A stretch of DNA of 36,935 nucleotides from a virus (IMGVR_UViG_3300020463_000051:1-36935), one strand, 5' to 3'; shown: positions 23,801 through 31,085, numbered from the stretch's first letter. The notes: generated from the sequence alone by a model not told the origin. Program-made: numbers and translations.

Positions 23801-26800
23801 TAAACCTTGTACATACTCATAATCTTCGATATAAGTCCCTAGAGGGTCTGTGAGACCGTCTAGAAGAGCATTTCTACTAGTCTTTACTCTATAACTACTG
23901 ATTATCAGTTTGTATGTGTTATATGGTGCTGCGTTTTCTGGATCTGTATAACCGTAAGGTCCGTAAATTGGATGTCCATCATACGACCATGCAATAATAG
24001 GTGAGTGTATTGTAGGGTTGAGTTCTGTAAGAGCAGAGCTGATATTGTCTTTAGTAAGGAACCTAAGTTTCTTAGGGTTATGCATATATCCATATTCACC
24101 GCCATATATCAAATAGTTCTCACCTTGAATAGATGCACCACCCGCATCGTCTGTAACTGTACGCTCTATAAATGAGGAACTTCCCAATTCTGCCTGTGTT
24201 GCAGCTTCATTATATGATAATTCCGTAAGGTTGGTTTGGAACTTTGCACCAGAACCAGGATAAACGATGGTTACTGTTGTGGCACCAGCGGAATATCCCG
24301 CACCTTTGTTCGTAACAATAACAGAAGTAACAATATTTCCAGCACCAACAACAGCAAATGCGGTAGCACCGACTCCATCACCTGTAACAATAACATCAGG
24401 TGCACCATAATATCCAGTTCCACCGAATGTGACGATTATACTTTCTATCTTTCCGTTTAATATTGATGGATACGCAACAGCACCACTACCAGTAATTAAT
24501 CTAATAGTAGGTTCGTAATCATATTGACTTCCTGCATCAGTAATTGAGATTGTATCAACAGGTCCTCTGCAGATTGCTGTAGCAGTTGCACCAGTTCCTC
24601 CACCACCAGTCAGTGTGACAGTTGGGATTGTAGTATATCCAGAACCACCTTGCACTACATTGATACCAGTAACAGCACCAGCAGTAATTTGTGCAGTAGC
24701 AGATGCCTGATTATCAGATGTAGCTCCTCCACCTGTAATAGAAACAACTGGTTCTGTAATATATCCAGAACCACCGTTAGTAACGTTCACTGCAGTTACG
24801 GATCCTGTAACTGTTACGGTAGCAGCAGCAGACTCTCCTTCATATGTCCAGTTAACCTGTCCTAATGTAACTGTACCGATTGTATGTGTTGGGTATCCTG
24901 TAGTTGAAGTTACACCAGCAGTATCAGCAACATATCTGTTTCCGTTGTACTTCACTCTTGTCAATGAAGCATATGTTGCACCTAATTTATAATCTTCCTC
25001 AAATTCTACTGTAGGTGGGTTTGTAATATCATATCCTGTACCACCAGCATTCTTAGTAATTGATAATAGACCACCATACTTCTTAATACCCTCTCCTTTG
25101 TATGAAAAGAAGGGAACTCCGTTTACACCAAGACCAACTTGTCCTACAGGAGTTGCAGTCTTTGTACTTTTGACACTAGGTGTGATTGGGAAGCGTTTTA
25201 GATATCTTTGGTTGCCTGGTACTAAATCAGTAGAACCAAAAGGTCCTATCTTATGAGTTGGTATACCTGTACTAGCAACAATGACGTCTGATGCGGATTT
25301 ATAACTGTTTTGTACGTCACCTGTAAATTTATTGATTATATTGTCAATAGAACCATAATCACTCTTACCATAAGCAAACTCTCTGGCAATATAGAACTCA
25401 TAACCACTTATGCCATTAGCAGGGGTTGTAGTAAAGTTGAATTCAAAAGTAAAGTCATCAACAATACCAACAACGTCATGATTATTGTTGTAGATGTCTT
25501 CAGGAGCATTCAGGATTCTAATTACGTCATCTCTGACCAATCTATGCTTCTCTTTAGTAGTTACGGTACATTTTACCGAACCATCAGCATTGATGCTTCC
25601 TAGAGTCGCTGAGTCGCCTCTGAGAGCACGTCTGACATTATAGATGAAGCTATCATATATTGGATCAAGACTATCGAAGCCAGGTGCAGCGGGTGTGGTG
25701 ACTTTTGAGTCTGGTAAGTAGTATTTTCCACCATTATTAAGTGTAACCCCTCTAGTTCCACCATATACCTTTAATAGAATCTCAGAGTTGTCTACATTCG
25801 AGTTTCCGTAGACTTTAAAAGCAGCAATGACATCTTGTCCTGCATCATGTGCTACATTGACAGTATTCTCTCTTGCACGACTACATCCCAAGAATTGAGT
25901 AACAGTTTTATCTGTATATGTGATTATTTCGTCTTCTAACCTAAATCTACCATTTTGCTGCGGCCAACCAAGTGTAGAATCGACTGTTACAACATCATCT
26001 GTTAAGTTTGCACCTAAATCAGCAGAAAGCACTGTTTTGTACGGTGTAACAAATGCACCAGATGAATTATTCGTGTCTACATCAATTTCAAAGATAGATC
26101 CTTGAGGAGTAAAGACTTCTACAACTCCTTTTACGTAAATACGTGCTGCATCGACATTTGGGTCTGTTGCATCTGCTTCTTGGTATAATACTTGACCTAC
26201 AAGTGCAATAGGATCACCAACAATAGGAACTGCACGAATTACTTCTCTAGAAGTGTAGTATGCGTCTGATGGTTTGAATATTCTGTCTCTTGGGTAAGAC
26301 ACTTGAGACTCAACACCAAAAAGTGACCTTAATACAAATTGGAAAGACCTTGTAGAACCCTTAGAAGCGTAAAAGTCCTTAATTCTCTTAATTACGGTAC
26401 TTTCCGTAACTCCAGTTGCAAAATTCTTTGGATATGTTGATAAAAACTGCTCTTTGAACTTCCCAAGCATGTAAAGTGGGAAAATATTGTTCAAATTGAC
26501 AACTGTAGTGCCAATAGTGTGTGCTGCAGCGGTTGTAGACTCGAATTTATACTCTCCTTCGATTCCAACTGCCTTTACAGCATTAAATCCTCTTGCACAA
26601 GTCTGAAATAGAGTAGATCCTTTACTTTGGTAGTAAATTATCTCATCATCAATCATTAATAGTCCCTCATCGGGAAAATCTCTTGTAGATTCGACGTCAA
26701 TTGTTGCAGAAGACGTTGTAACAGCTGAAATTAGCGTTGTTTGAGTTACAAGTTCTCCGTATTGGTCAATATTATAGTAATCACCCCAGTTTTGGATGAT

Positions 26801-27019
26801 GTCAATGCAATATCCCTTTAATTCTTGTGATTTATAGTACTCTTTTACAAATTCTATGAACGTACCAAAGTTTTCCTGTATGAAACTAGGAAACTGTGAT
26901 GATACACTTGTTGATATCTTCGATCTTGACTCAGGACTAACCTCCGACGGTACAGGTGTTGCTGTAACCGTGGTGGTCGGGGTTGTCCACGACCCAACTT
27001 TCCAACTACTATTTGTCAT
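14840..27019 (-). CDS. gp7: Baseplate wedge initiator gp7, giant multi-domain form (4059 aa)
   Basis: Lies between gp6 and gp8. N-terminal 'SQFPSFIQENFGTFIEFVKEYYKSQE' and 'IKRIKDFYASKGSTRSFQFVLRSLFG'; internal 'DSDRFQEFSY...WKNPLKFAAHPAGFKVVG'. Carries many inserted repeat modules. Confidence 0.88.
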   Translation of the reverse strand: MTNSSWKVGSWTTPTTTVTATPVPSEVSPESRSKISTSVSSQFPSFIQENFGTFIEFVKEYYKSQELKGYCIDIIQNWGDYYNIDQYGELVTQTTLISAVTTSSATIDVESTRDFPDEGLLMIDDEIIYYQSKGSTLFQTCARGFNAVKAVGIEGEYKFESTTAAAHTIGTTVVNLNNIFPLYMLGKFKEQFLSTYPKNFATGVTESTVIKRIKDFYASKGSTRSFQFVLRSLFGVESQVSYPRDRIFKPSDAYYTSREVIRAVPIVGDPIALVGQVLYQEADATDPNVDAARIYVKGVVEVFTPQGSIFEIDVDTNNSSGAFVTPYKTVLSADLGANLTDDVVTVDSTLGWPQQNGRFRLEDEIITYTDKTVTQFLGCSRARENTVNVAHDAGQDVIAAFKVYGNSNVDNSEILLKVYGGTRGVTLNNGGKYYLPDSKVTTPAAPGFDSLDPIYDSFIYNVRRALRGDSATLGSINADGSVKCTVTTKEKHRLVRDDVIRILNAPEDIYNNNHDVVGIVDDFTFEFNFTTTPANGISGYEFYIAREFAYGKSDYGSIDNIINKFTGDVQNSYKSASDVIVASTGIPTHKIGPFGSTDLVPGNQRYLKRFPITPSVKSTKTATPVGQVGLGVNGVPFFSYKGEGIKKYGGLLSITKNAGGTGYDITNPPTVEFEEDYKLGATYASLTRVKYNGNRYVADTAGVTSTTGYPTHTIGTVTLGQVNWTYEGESAAATVTVTGSVTAVNVTNGGSGYITEPVVSITGGGATSDNQASATAQITAGAVTGINVVQGGSGYTTIPTVTLTGGGGTGATATAICRGPVDTISITDAGSQYDYEPTIRLITGSGAVAYPSILNGKIESIIVTFGGTGYYGAPDVIVTGDGVGATAFAVVGAGNIVTSVIVTNKGAGYSAGATTVTIVYPGSGAKFQTNLTELSYNEAATQAELGSSSFIERTVTDDAGGASIQGENYLIYGGEYGYMHNPKKLRFLTKDNISSALTELNPTIHSPIIAWSYDGHPIYGPYGYTDPENAAPYNTYKLIISSYRVKTSRNALLDGLTDPLGTYIEDYEYVQGLGDLDEYNGRFCVTPEFPNGVYAYFATIKGSAGEPAFPYFVGPNFYGEANSTNWNGNGLQKNFTEDAVRYREPFIGVDNITAKRKELDNKVDFFLAMEDTTTLIVMESGENLAYLEDGIGYYSYYPTIRGGLADSLVVSATNKYSSAGIDEYLVEGGGKEYKVNDRLLFDNTGTGGDGVSGSVSTVEGVTIQSLTNAVSAFDDIFTTSISTSNYHYLKVGDQVTVSVTDNANTRTIKSKVIYSKYHFNYFDLQSFKLLSAWTMSTAYNKEDLVYVDNRVYKAAATGTSDSSSGNAPTHNSGTVTDGTLTWTYVRLRTDGNLYQDGWSSITGGSNYANGTYANVPLSTNGSGLGGQATIVVSGNAVSSVTITTAGTGYNVGDTISADNINLGNAASPAGSGFTITLTQTQREAVGHTNLAHQLGIGDTVNVSGVSPSSYNKTDYTVVRTETLRRFTVKSNFATPAAANITSAEVYVEEPKLQLIDGHSYTFDTTDSSNASKKLAFTFDQSNTDIFTYKNITSEILDSVTSEQNSITIKITELPGIFYYFDLQGTVSGSYFTTMNDPVIGTNIVSEKTDTTFKYITALEPESGYTVGVSYATNSIYATGGIKTITVGDPGRNYSSLPKFSGSTRSGSGATAVATISGTLSAVAITNDGSGYNQASLPTGVVTLPDFVDLTLQNVFGSFVPNEILISEEIQGNQTARGQVITWNPVTSVLRIKPLQNTRTGAGNKGYIMFSTATAETNNVYSSDSQASIQAISGTQAIVATAVSGGGKLSSVTVTNPGTNYRSAPSIIFDDPYYGSVATVSLTSQPAGNGTFTADTSTTGVTQSTVSPAGGAGATFTFVTDGNGRISTVTQTSGGSAYGIGDVLTFDGTKLAGGDSTEDFTITVVTLSHDDPATISTIIDASIDTVTVSNGGSGFLSAPTISVSGGNGINAVLNATIQNQSVTSIGIEAAGIQFQSPPIVTIEQKTGTGASVLLKSSDLGKILKISGDNITYNYSHDRTLKPSLNTTYNLQLVRTQVIDYIDVVNGGDNFVSQPEIVLTGGQGSLFSLTPIIENEVIQAVTVDNQGRGFTSAPTVSAKVTHTWVGLQSSSTLNFPYNAKIPLGTRLNLVESAGQMPEPLAINTTYYAIPATTANGLADNQIRLASSLANANTETFINFTSAPVGDISTGQTSFTMETTDLGDTINAYMKPATFSVGERIYQGASTSSFTAYGFVKNWDASGRVVSVEIISGEFKVGEPVFGEETAAFGQIHTFSRADAVFDVSPISISASGWERTTGFLDLNEQRVYDSDRFQEFSYDVSSSININDWKNPLKFAAHPAGFKVVGTQVITQSVKKDYKSKSNLNLNAGNSTDWWIPTTNSIGTTFNGTTYVTPKPSARNTGKLATINNFALAKPDYTAAVPTEVAIFGRQLLDIQKILSCIVYKIDDISDRTITFDGSSSSAVTTSNNRITLANHGLLSGQRVVYGAGGDRFQDARDLIVNNIDYIVEETIGALNAAYPSLNYSGATCARDTRLVIAAWANDLKYGGNYFTLAATNSYVGGVVSQGNAYIDAGNLLKDNKNLIAAEAVYQMLQDATVGIPSGFAGVPGGDQNCIDDIVDVVEAIAYNLTYGANSEVWDAANLYVNTVHLDNEETQAIWAFNKAKELAASIIINQDVTITGNHGYTQVKNTGVTFDAAICATVDSAMDTLFNIVTTAINSDSLSTVTRTNPTNYIAHIAGEETETIFAFNKARDLCNLAVTNSLPVGTYTNIVPQTDLSITNDSGGCTDVKSAITTLSGIITNGIDNPSTLPISNTGNYPSNRTGAPIGGLSNAGIYYVRYVDANTIELATTEAGNAINLSAVGTGVGHTFRIFIDGVNDTFLLRTNTIKIGTKIGKTANKSQLLVMTNGLVTNPATYTFANDAITFITPPLSGTSVLCMYYDRASYSGSFQLDQIGDELKSFDVSTGLTPGSGYDNGTYTNIPLKNNLGSGIGGTADITVTSGAVSNVVLNAAGNGYTGNDVLGISDARVGEQLVKHFIPSTGTYDPASGSMVLTIGSGHGLSAPTTHTASTATYDPNTGLMVVTINSHGFVNGDQVKFADSSITFSCAFGGATGAAAEKAYPRSTDYASDRWLQVFDVTANTFTVQILDTIPSTNVDTHTFVSAVSNGIKKAVSTVRIANESLQFSCGYNGGGTASYPRATDPLGTQGKMRDIPVEAVATTTIEVNALNGTTATNTDTHTWVGLSTYQFQPTGIAYTPSTGEMVLTKTSHGMIKGDRIQFATNSLTFTCGLDNDTTQHTYPRVGDPSEGAWHTIDAVTNDTFTVFVGVSSDTSTHNFVSATSTAVTRAVVSYGVYKYSKGADAASLMRTNQEFIATTAYGRMMANNAGFSSSYQVKCIRDTKILVDAVADNIEFGGNDATYDAASFYVGTVHLTGEEDQSVEVFNAARDICRQVMRNLTVTTNSYTVGTQTTDSTISNDSGSTSYSEACCIDTASAISTLWNIVTTAVGTTAGGSGNLNSITRTSAAQPYFQVKVATVTFDGTDTTFTAQVGGSTQVLPASDNFLIFLNSTFQIKGTTESYTYTGSTITFNEAPIPGMDFYGYYLGKLTLLDDIAPFFDSTKKTFTMKSETEPFSLESDNPEVEAQNNLLIFLNGIYQEPGEAFSLTGSIIEFSESPRAGSTCNMFIFTGSSADVLISNTFNALDIGDRLQIASEGSDRSIAKISSSITIDSYEYTGLRPTTAVFVATVVNGIVTQVTITNPGSNYEVPPILVFTGGGGEGAFAETTIEQGSGKVLSVINLNGGSGYTQGIPTVNATHPVAVQRKERNRIISNSKNLSASYLTSTLSQSGTTINLQNVWYDSNQKNGFPAEGEVLIPFYDSVNSVWCTERILYGASDTSGNTLTVATDGRGYLGTTAAAHNVVTGTYSSSGTACTVTTSSNHFLSTGQTIYLDFTSGTGFDGTYIVTVTGATTFTVEFPFSRTTSGNVSLLLEVRLRSL

Positions 27020-27021
27020 TC

Positions 27022-28878
27022 TTAGTATTGATAGCTAGATTCTGGTAGCACTCCTGTTCCAGAAAGATTTGATCCACTGCTTATAGTATCTTCTACTACA
27101 CTTACAGCTGTATTATCTATGCCTAGTGTCAGATAGGTTTCTCGTAAAGAGATTAAATCATTCGACTTAGGGGATGCAGAAATTTGCAATACATTATTAG
27201 CAACAGATGTAGACTGTATAATCAAGTCATTGATTACAACATCACCCATATCGTAGTTTATAGTTCCCCATAAACCATCAATGTACTCAAACTCACCAGT
27301 ACCTTTAACATAATAGAGTCTCAATGTACCATTACCATCATCATTTAGATAGTAAGTATTGATGTCGTCACCCACGATTTTAAAACCAGACGAAGAAACT
27401 GAAGGTTTCGTCGATGTTTGTTGATTAATTCTGTTTCCATAACATATTTTATAGTTGACACGAGCATTGAGATCGACTGTTACGTTCTTTCTCATCCTGA
27501 CACGAGTTATATTAGAGGTAATTGAGCTCTCTGCTTCATCAATTATCCTCTGTACCTTGGAAAACTTGAATTTTCCACCAAATTTGTTAAACTCCGCACT
27601 TGAGTTGAGTGAGGTTAACGCTGCAATAATGATATTCTTGACTTCTGATGGTTCTCTACGTGTAACATTGGGGTTATAGTATGCAAAAGTGGTCAAATCT
27701 ATGTAAAGTATGCTTGGATCAATGATAGAAGGTTGAATAGCAGCTACAGAGTAGTCTCTCAACTTCTTCAGAATCGCATTTTTCTCCGAAAGTGATAATC
27801 TATCGGCATTTTTTGGTTTGATTGCCAAAAATACCTTTCCATATTCGGGTGGTTCTGCTTCTTCACCACCATAACAAGCAATAGAACCCACATTTGCGTA
27901 AATCTGAGGAACTATCGCTTCATAATCACGTGTAGAAACTGCTCTACCGAAGGCAGAGTAGAATTTAGGTGCAGCAAACTTGATAGACTCGGTAGTTTCT
28001 GCAGGAGCACCACCATCTGGGAAACTTGTAACAGCAATTGTAATGCCAGAGGTCAGTGCATTTAGATTATTATCTCTAAATGTACCAATATTCTCAAAAA
28101 CAGTAAGACCATTTGCACCGATACCAGTAGAAGTTGTATACTTTACATTAACAACGTCACCGTTAGAAAGGTTTTTACCAATAATACCATCGCCAAAAAG
28201 AACTTCGGGTACTTCATACTCACTCTCCTCTAAGAAAAAGACCTTAGAAGTAGAATTTATCTTTGTAATATCAGTTGCTTGTAAATATTTCTCTGTAATA
28301 GTACCAGAAGTAACCTCTACTATCATGGAAGAGGTGTCTGCATTACCATTTGTAAGTATAAATCTCTGTCTTTGGTTAGTGTTCTTAACAAAAGTGTCTG
28401 TAAGGAACAATCCTTCACTCAAAACTACATTAGAAAACGTTGCGATACCTGTTAAACTGTTTACCGATACTGTATTATCAGTAGGAAGAGAGAAAACAAA
28501 GTTGTTATTGTCCAATCCTGTGAAGTTAAGCACCAATCCTGCTGCCATAGTTACAGTAATAGGGTATGGGAACGCTGTCTGAATATTAATATCAACTGTA
28601 CATGTAGAACTTCTTGCACTCTTAGGAGTATAACCTAACATACGAGCAAGTTTAACAACGTTTTCTCTTAAAACTGCCGTCTCAAGGAACCCTTCGTTAA
28701 CTGCAAGGTTCGCATTTACACTTGTATAGTACGTATTATAAGCAAGAGTGTCTAAAAGTACCGATAGAGACGACCCCTCAAAGTCATAATCACTAAACTG
28801 TGACTGTGATCTTAAGTATTCTTTTATTTGTGCCTTGATTTCGTTAAACTCAAGAGCATTAACTTGGTTGAATGCCAT
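27022..28878 (-). CDS. gp6: Baseplate wedge subunit gp6
   Basis: LEFNEIKAQIKEYLRSQSQFSDYDFEGSSLSVLLDTLAYNTYY...ARMLGYTPKS; FGDGIIGK; RAVSTRDYE; GTINYDMG. Confidence 0.95.
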   Translation of the reverse strand: MAFNQVNALEFNEIKAQIKEYLRSQSQFSDYDFEGSSLSVLLDTLAYNTYYTSVNANLAVNEGFLETAVLRENVVKLARMLGYTPKSARSSTCTVDINIQTAFPYPITVTMAAGLVLNFTGLDNNNFVFSLPTDNTVSVNSLTGIATFSNVVLSEGLFLTDTFVKNTNQRQRFILTNGNADTSSMIVEVTSGTITEKYLQATDITKINSTSKVFFLEESEYEVPEVLFGDGIIGKNLSNGDVVNVKYTTSTGIGANGLTVFENIGTFRDNNLNALTSGITIAVTSFPDGGAPAETTESIKFAAPKFYSAFGRAVSTRDYEAIVPQIYANVGSIACYGGEEAEPPEYGKVFLAIKPKNADRLSLSEKNAILKKLRDYSVAAIQPSIIDPSILYIDLTTFAYYNPNVTRREPSEVKNIIIAALTSLNSSAEFNKFGGKFKFSKVQRIIDEAESSITSNITRVRMRKNVTVDLNARVNYKICYGNRINQQTSTKPSVSSSGFKIVGDDINTYYLNDDGNGTLRLYYVKGTGEFEYIDGLWGTINYDMGDVVINDLIIQSTSVANNVLQISASPKSNDLISLRETYLTLGIDNTAVSVVEDTISSGSNLSGTGVLPESSYQY

Positions 28879-29267
28879 TATGGTTTGAATGCAATACTGA
28901 TATCATCAATCTTAGGAGTGAGTCCTAAAATAATATACGATACACTAACGTTAAGTTCATTACGATCTTCTTCCCAGTCTGCTACTACTTCGTAGACTGC
29001 AACCCTTGGTTCATGTATTTGTATAGCATTAGTGATTCGTTCTTCAATCTCTGTTGCTAGACCGCTGGTGTAGTTCTCAAATAAGAGTCCAATGATATTA
29101 CCACCGAAGGCAGGATCAAAAGGTTTCTCATAAAAGTTGTATAAGACTATATTCTTAACTGCTGCTTTAATTGCAGCTGCATCCTTCAGTGACAATACGT
29201 CGTTTGTAACTGCGTTCTTTTCAAATGTTAAGGAGAAGTCTCTAAAAGACTTCGATACCAACGCCAT
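28878..29267 (-). CDS. gp25: Baseplate wedge subunit gp25 (GPW/gp25 family)
   Basis: FRDFSLTF...AIKAAVKNIVLYNFYEKPFDPAFGGNI..LLFE...I..HEPRV. Coupled to gp6 by TAATG. Confidence 0.93.
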   Translation of the reverse strand: MALVSKSFRDFSLTFEKNAVTNDVLSLKDAAAIKAAVKNIVLYNFYEKPFDPAFGGNIIGLLFENYTSGLATEIEERITNAIQIHEPRVAVYEVVADWEEDRNELNVSVSYIILGLTPKIDDISIAFKP

Positions 29268-29294
29268 TTTGCGTAAAATATAGTGCTATCAATA

Positions 29295-29302
29295 TATTTA
29301 TA
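29295..29302 (-). promoter_or_regulatory. T4 late promoter TATAAATA upstream of gp25
   Basis: Exact TATAAATA overlapping the stop of the preceding small ORF, 27 nt before the gp25 ATG. Confidence 0.75.
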
Positions 29303-29390
29303 CGGGTTTTTTAGATTTCCTATCAGAACGTGGGTCTGTGATTAGATATCTGCAATATTCATTGCCATGATCATAGAAATGATCAGACAT
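29298..29390 (-). CDS. Small hypothetical protein (start uncertain)
   Basis: Frame ...NIPVDMSDHFYDHGNEYCRYLITDPRSDRKSKKPV*. The track's GTG start at 29483 overlaps another gene, so I give the internal ATG. Confidence 0.45.
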   Translation of the reverse strand: MSDHFYDHGNEYCRYLITDPRSDRKSKKPV

Positions 29391-29433
29391 ATCTACGGGT
29401 ATATTTGCATTCCTGCCACCATCTTTAATTCTC

Positions 29434-29571
29434 TCAGCCTTGCCCACGGTACCTCTTCTTTGTTTTGTTTCTTGATGTAGCACTATACTTCGTGTGCTTT
29501 CCTCTTCCTTGTGCAGATTTCTTTGGTTTGGATTCTACACTAGGAATGCCATTATTAAATCGTGTCGCCAT
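29434..29571 (-). CDS. Small basic protein (45 aa) between PAAR and gp25
   Basis: Read directly: MATRFNNGIPSVESKPKKSAQGRGKHTKYSATSRNKTKKRYRGQG*. It starts 2 nt after the PAAR stop. A K/R-rich peptide ending YRGQG is a type I recognise at this locus in T4-like marine phages. Confidence 0.8.
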   Translation of the reverse strand: MATRFNNGIPSVESKPKKSAQGRGKHTKYSATSRNKTKKRYRGQG

Positions 29572-29573
29572 AA

Positions 29574-29882
29574 TTAAGTTTTGTCGTTAATGAATACGGA
29601 TGTACTACCTGAGGTCATTTCCCCTGCATCGGCACTATCGCCAATACGAGCAACTTTGATTCCTTCTACGTATACGTTTGGGGAACCAGCATTTACTGTT
29701 GCAACATGTGGACCACATGCTGGCACTGGAGGGAACGGATGGGAAACTGTTGGGTCTCCGATTCGTGCTATGTATTGTCCAGTCGCCTTAACGGTAGATT
29801 GGGTTGGGGAGGCAAGGGTTGTAGTCCCTGCACAGGCATGACCTGTTGAAAGGGAGTCGCCTTTCCTTGATACTGCTGGCAT
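29574..29882 (-). CDS. PAAR-repeat spike tip protein (T4 gp5.4-like)
   Basis: MPAVSRKGD...GH.C; IARIGD...H; H...VNAGSPNVYVEGIKVARIGDS....MTSGSTSVF. Three PAAR-type repeats with His/Cys metal ligands. Confidence 0.92.
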   Translation of the reverse strand: MPAVSRKGDSLSTGHACAGTTTLASPTQSTVKATGQYIARIGDPTVSHPFPPVPACGPHVATVNAGSPNVYVEGIKVARIGDSADAGEMTSGSTSVFINDKT

Positions 29883-29986
29883 AGTTTAGAACTAAGTGAC
29901 TTCAGTGCGTCGTCTGATTGCGAAAGGTATGCTAACTTGCGTGCTAACGCAGACATGAACGTGGGAGTTGTATATTCCATACTTCT

Positions 29987-29994
29987 TATTTATC
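29987..29994 (-). promoter_or_regulatory. Late promoter-like box GATAAATA upstream of the PAAR gene
   Basis: 7/8 match to TATAAATA in intergenic DNA, correctly oriented. Confidence 0.55.
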
Positions 29995-30042
29995 CTTTGA
30001 AACCAACGCGGGGTTTTCGGGGTTTTTTCCTTACAGTCTTGT

Positions 30043-30159
30043 TCATCCGAATAAAAACCAATTCTTATGCTTTCTCACAGGAGCATACTTGTATTTAACC
30101 TTGCGTGCTTTGATATAGATGGACAGTAACAAATCTGAATGAATCGTCTGCTTTACCAA
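30043..30159 (-). CDS. Small basic hypothetical protein (38 aa, TTG start)
   Basis: Read directly: MVKQTIHSDLLLSIYIKARKVKYKYAPVRKHKNWFLFG*. The start overlaps the stop of the upstream ORF. Confidence 0.5.
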   Translation of the reverse strand: MVKQTIHSDLLLSIYIKARKVKYKYAPVRKHKNWFLFG

Positions 30160-30389
30160 TTAGTATCTCCCTCATTCAAAGTACCTACACTATACTCGAC
30201 AATCTCAGTGATTGTTTTGTCATGGTCTACCACAACATCAACGAGTCTCTCATACTCGCCATCAGTAGTCCTCTTCATCATCAGTTGACTCTTTCTTACT
30301 TTCTCTTCTAACTTCTCTAGACGTGCTAGTATCTCATCATACTTTCTATCTGTATGTGTAAAGTAATCGCCTGACATTGAATCCTCCAT
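30153..30389 (-). CDS. Coiled-coil hypothetical protein (78 aa)
   Basis: ORF track. TAATG-coupled to the upstream ORF. An alternative start at MSGDY is preceded by GGAGG. Confidence 0.7.
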   Translation of the reverse strand: MEDSMSGDYFTHTDRKYDEILARLEKLEEKVRKSQLMMKRTTDGEYERLVDVVVDHDKTITEIVEYSVGTLNEGDTNW

Positions 30390-30571
30390 TAGTTTTGTTT
30401 AATATCAAAATACCATTTGATGTGTTTGATGTAATCAAATGTATCTCCTATATCCTTATCACAGTCTATCTCATACTTACGGTCACAGAGAAACTTTCTC
30501 AGTTCATAGATGGAATTGTAAGTTCCTATCTGGTCTTGGTGTTCGTTGTACAATACGTACTGCATTGGCAA
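30389..30571 (-). CDS. Hypothetical protein (about 60 aa)
   Basis: ORF track. CTAAATA (late-promoter-like) at 30588-30594 upstream. The ATG at 30565 is an alternative start. Confidence 0.7.
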   Translation of the reverse strand: MPMQYVLYNEHQDQIGTYNSIYELRKFLCDRKYEIDCDKDIGDTFDYIKHIKWYFDIKQN

Positions 30572-30617
30572 GAAGTGGGTAACGTTTTATTTAGTATATC
30601 AGCATTCAGACACAATG

Positions 30618-31085
30618 TCAAGTACATAGATAACCAATTACGTTGTCAGGTAAACCTTGTAGAGGTAGCATGTCTCCTGTTTTATCTGCATACATCAGTA
30701 CCTTATCAATACGTTCTTTCATATTCACTGCAATCTTCTCTTTCTTCCACTTAGTGTATGCTTCCTTCCTAGTCCAAGTGTCGTAGAAGAATAGTTTATT
30801 CGCAGTTACTTCATGACCATCAAAGTATCTCTTAGATATCTTATAGAAGGGACGTTCTTTCATGTATTCAATATCAATACCAACGTTCTCTGAGGATACT
30901 GCAATAACAGTATGTTCCTGAGTGTCTGATTTGTTCCAATGAATCTCTATGGGTTTCTTACAGTTCAACTCATAGTTTGGTAAGAAGTCTTTAATGGCGG
31001 TTTTGACTAGGTTATCTGTAGAAGCAATTGTATTACTATAGAGATAGACTGAGGTGGTTGGACTTGAAAAAATCTTAGAGTGCAT
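30618..31085 (-). CDS. 4'-phosphopantetheinyl transferase (Sfp-type, compact)
   Basis: Motifs WNKSDT (FNxSHS-like), VGIDIE, ISKRYF..HE and FYDTWTRKEAYTKW match the PPTase GxDxE and WxxKEA signatures. Confidence 0.85.
   Translation of the reverse strand: MHSKIFSSPTTSVYLYSNTIASTDNLVKTAIKDFLPNYELNCKKPIEIHWNKSDTQEHTVIAVSSENVGIDIEYMKERPFYKISKRYFDGHEVTANKLFFYDTWTRKEAYTKWKKEKIAVNMKERIDKVLMYADKTGDMLPLQGLPDNVIGYLCT

Noticed and set aside
7966-24105. Short minus-strand ORFs in alternative frames inside the VrlC-like gene, gp8 and gp7
   Set aside because: Fully nested off-frame ORFs with Leu/Gln-biased shadow composition.
14840-27019. Intein or intron explaining the size of gp7
   Set aside because: The frame is continuous and I saw no intein splice motifs or homing endonuclease motifs. 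Repeat modules account for the size.
4800-28582. Many plus-strand ORFs in the track (e.g. 4800-5552, 8193-8543, 20805-21233, 27980-28582)
   Set aside because: They are antisense shadows of long minus-strand structural genes, with no recognisable motifs.
29768-29980. 70-aa ORF MEYTTPTF...
   Set aside because: More than half overlaps the PAAR gene off-frame and the ATG is only 6 nt after the putative late promoter. It cannot be excluded but is unsupported.
30007-30030. CGCGGGGTTTTCGGGGTTTTTT as a terminator
   Set aside because: It is a short direct repeat, not self-complementary, and its T-run is on the strand opposite the local genes.
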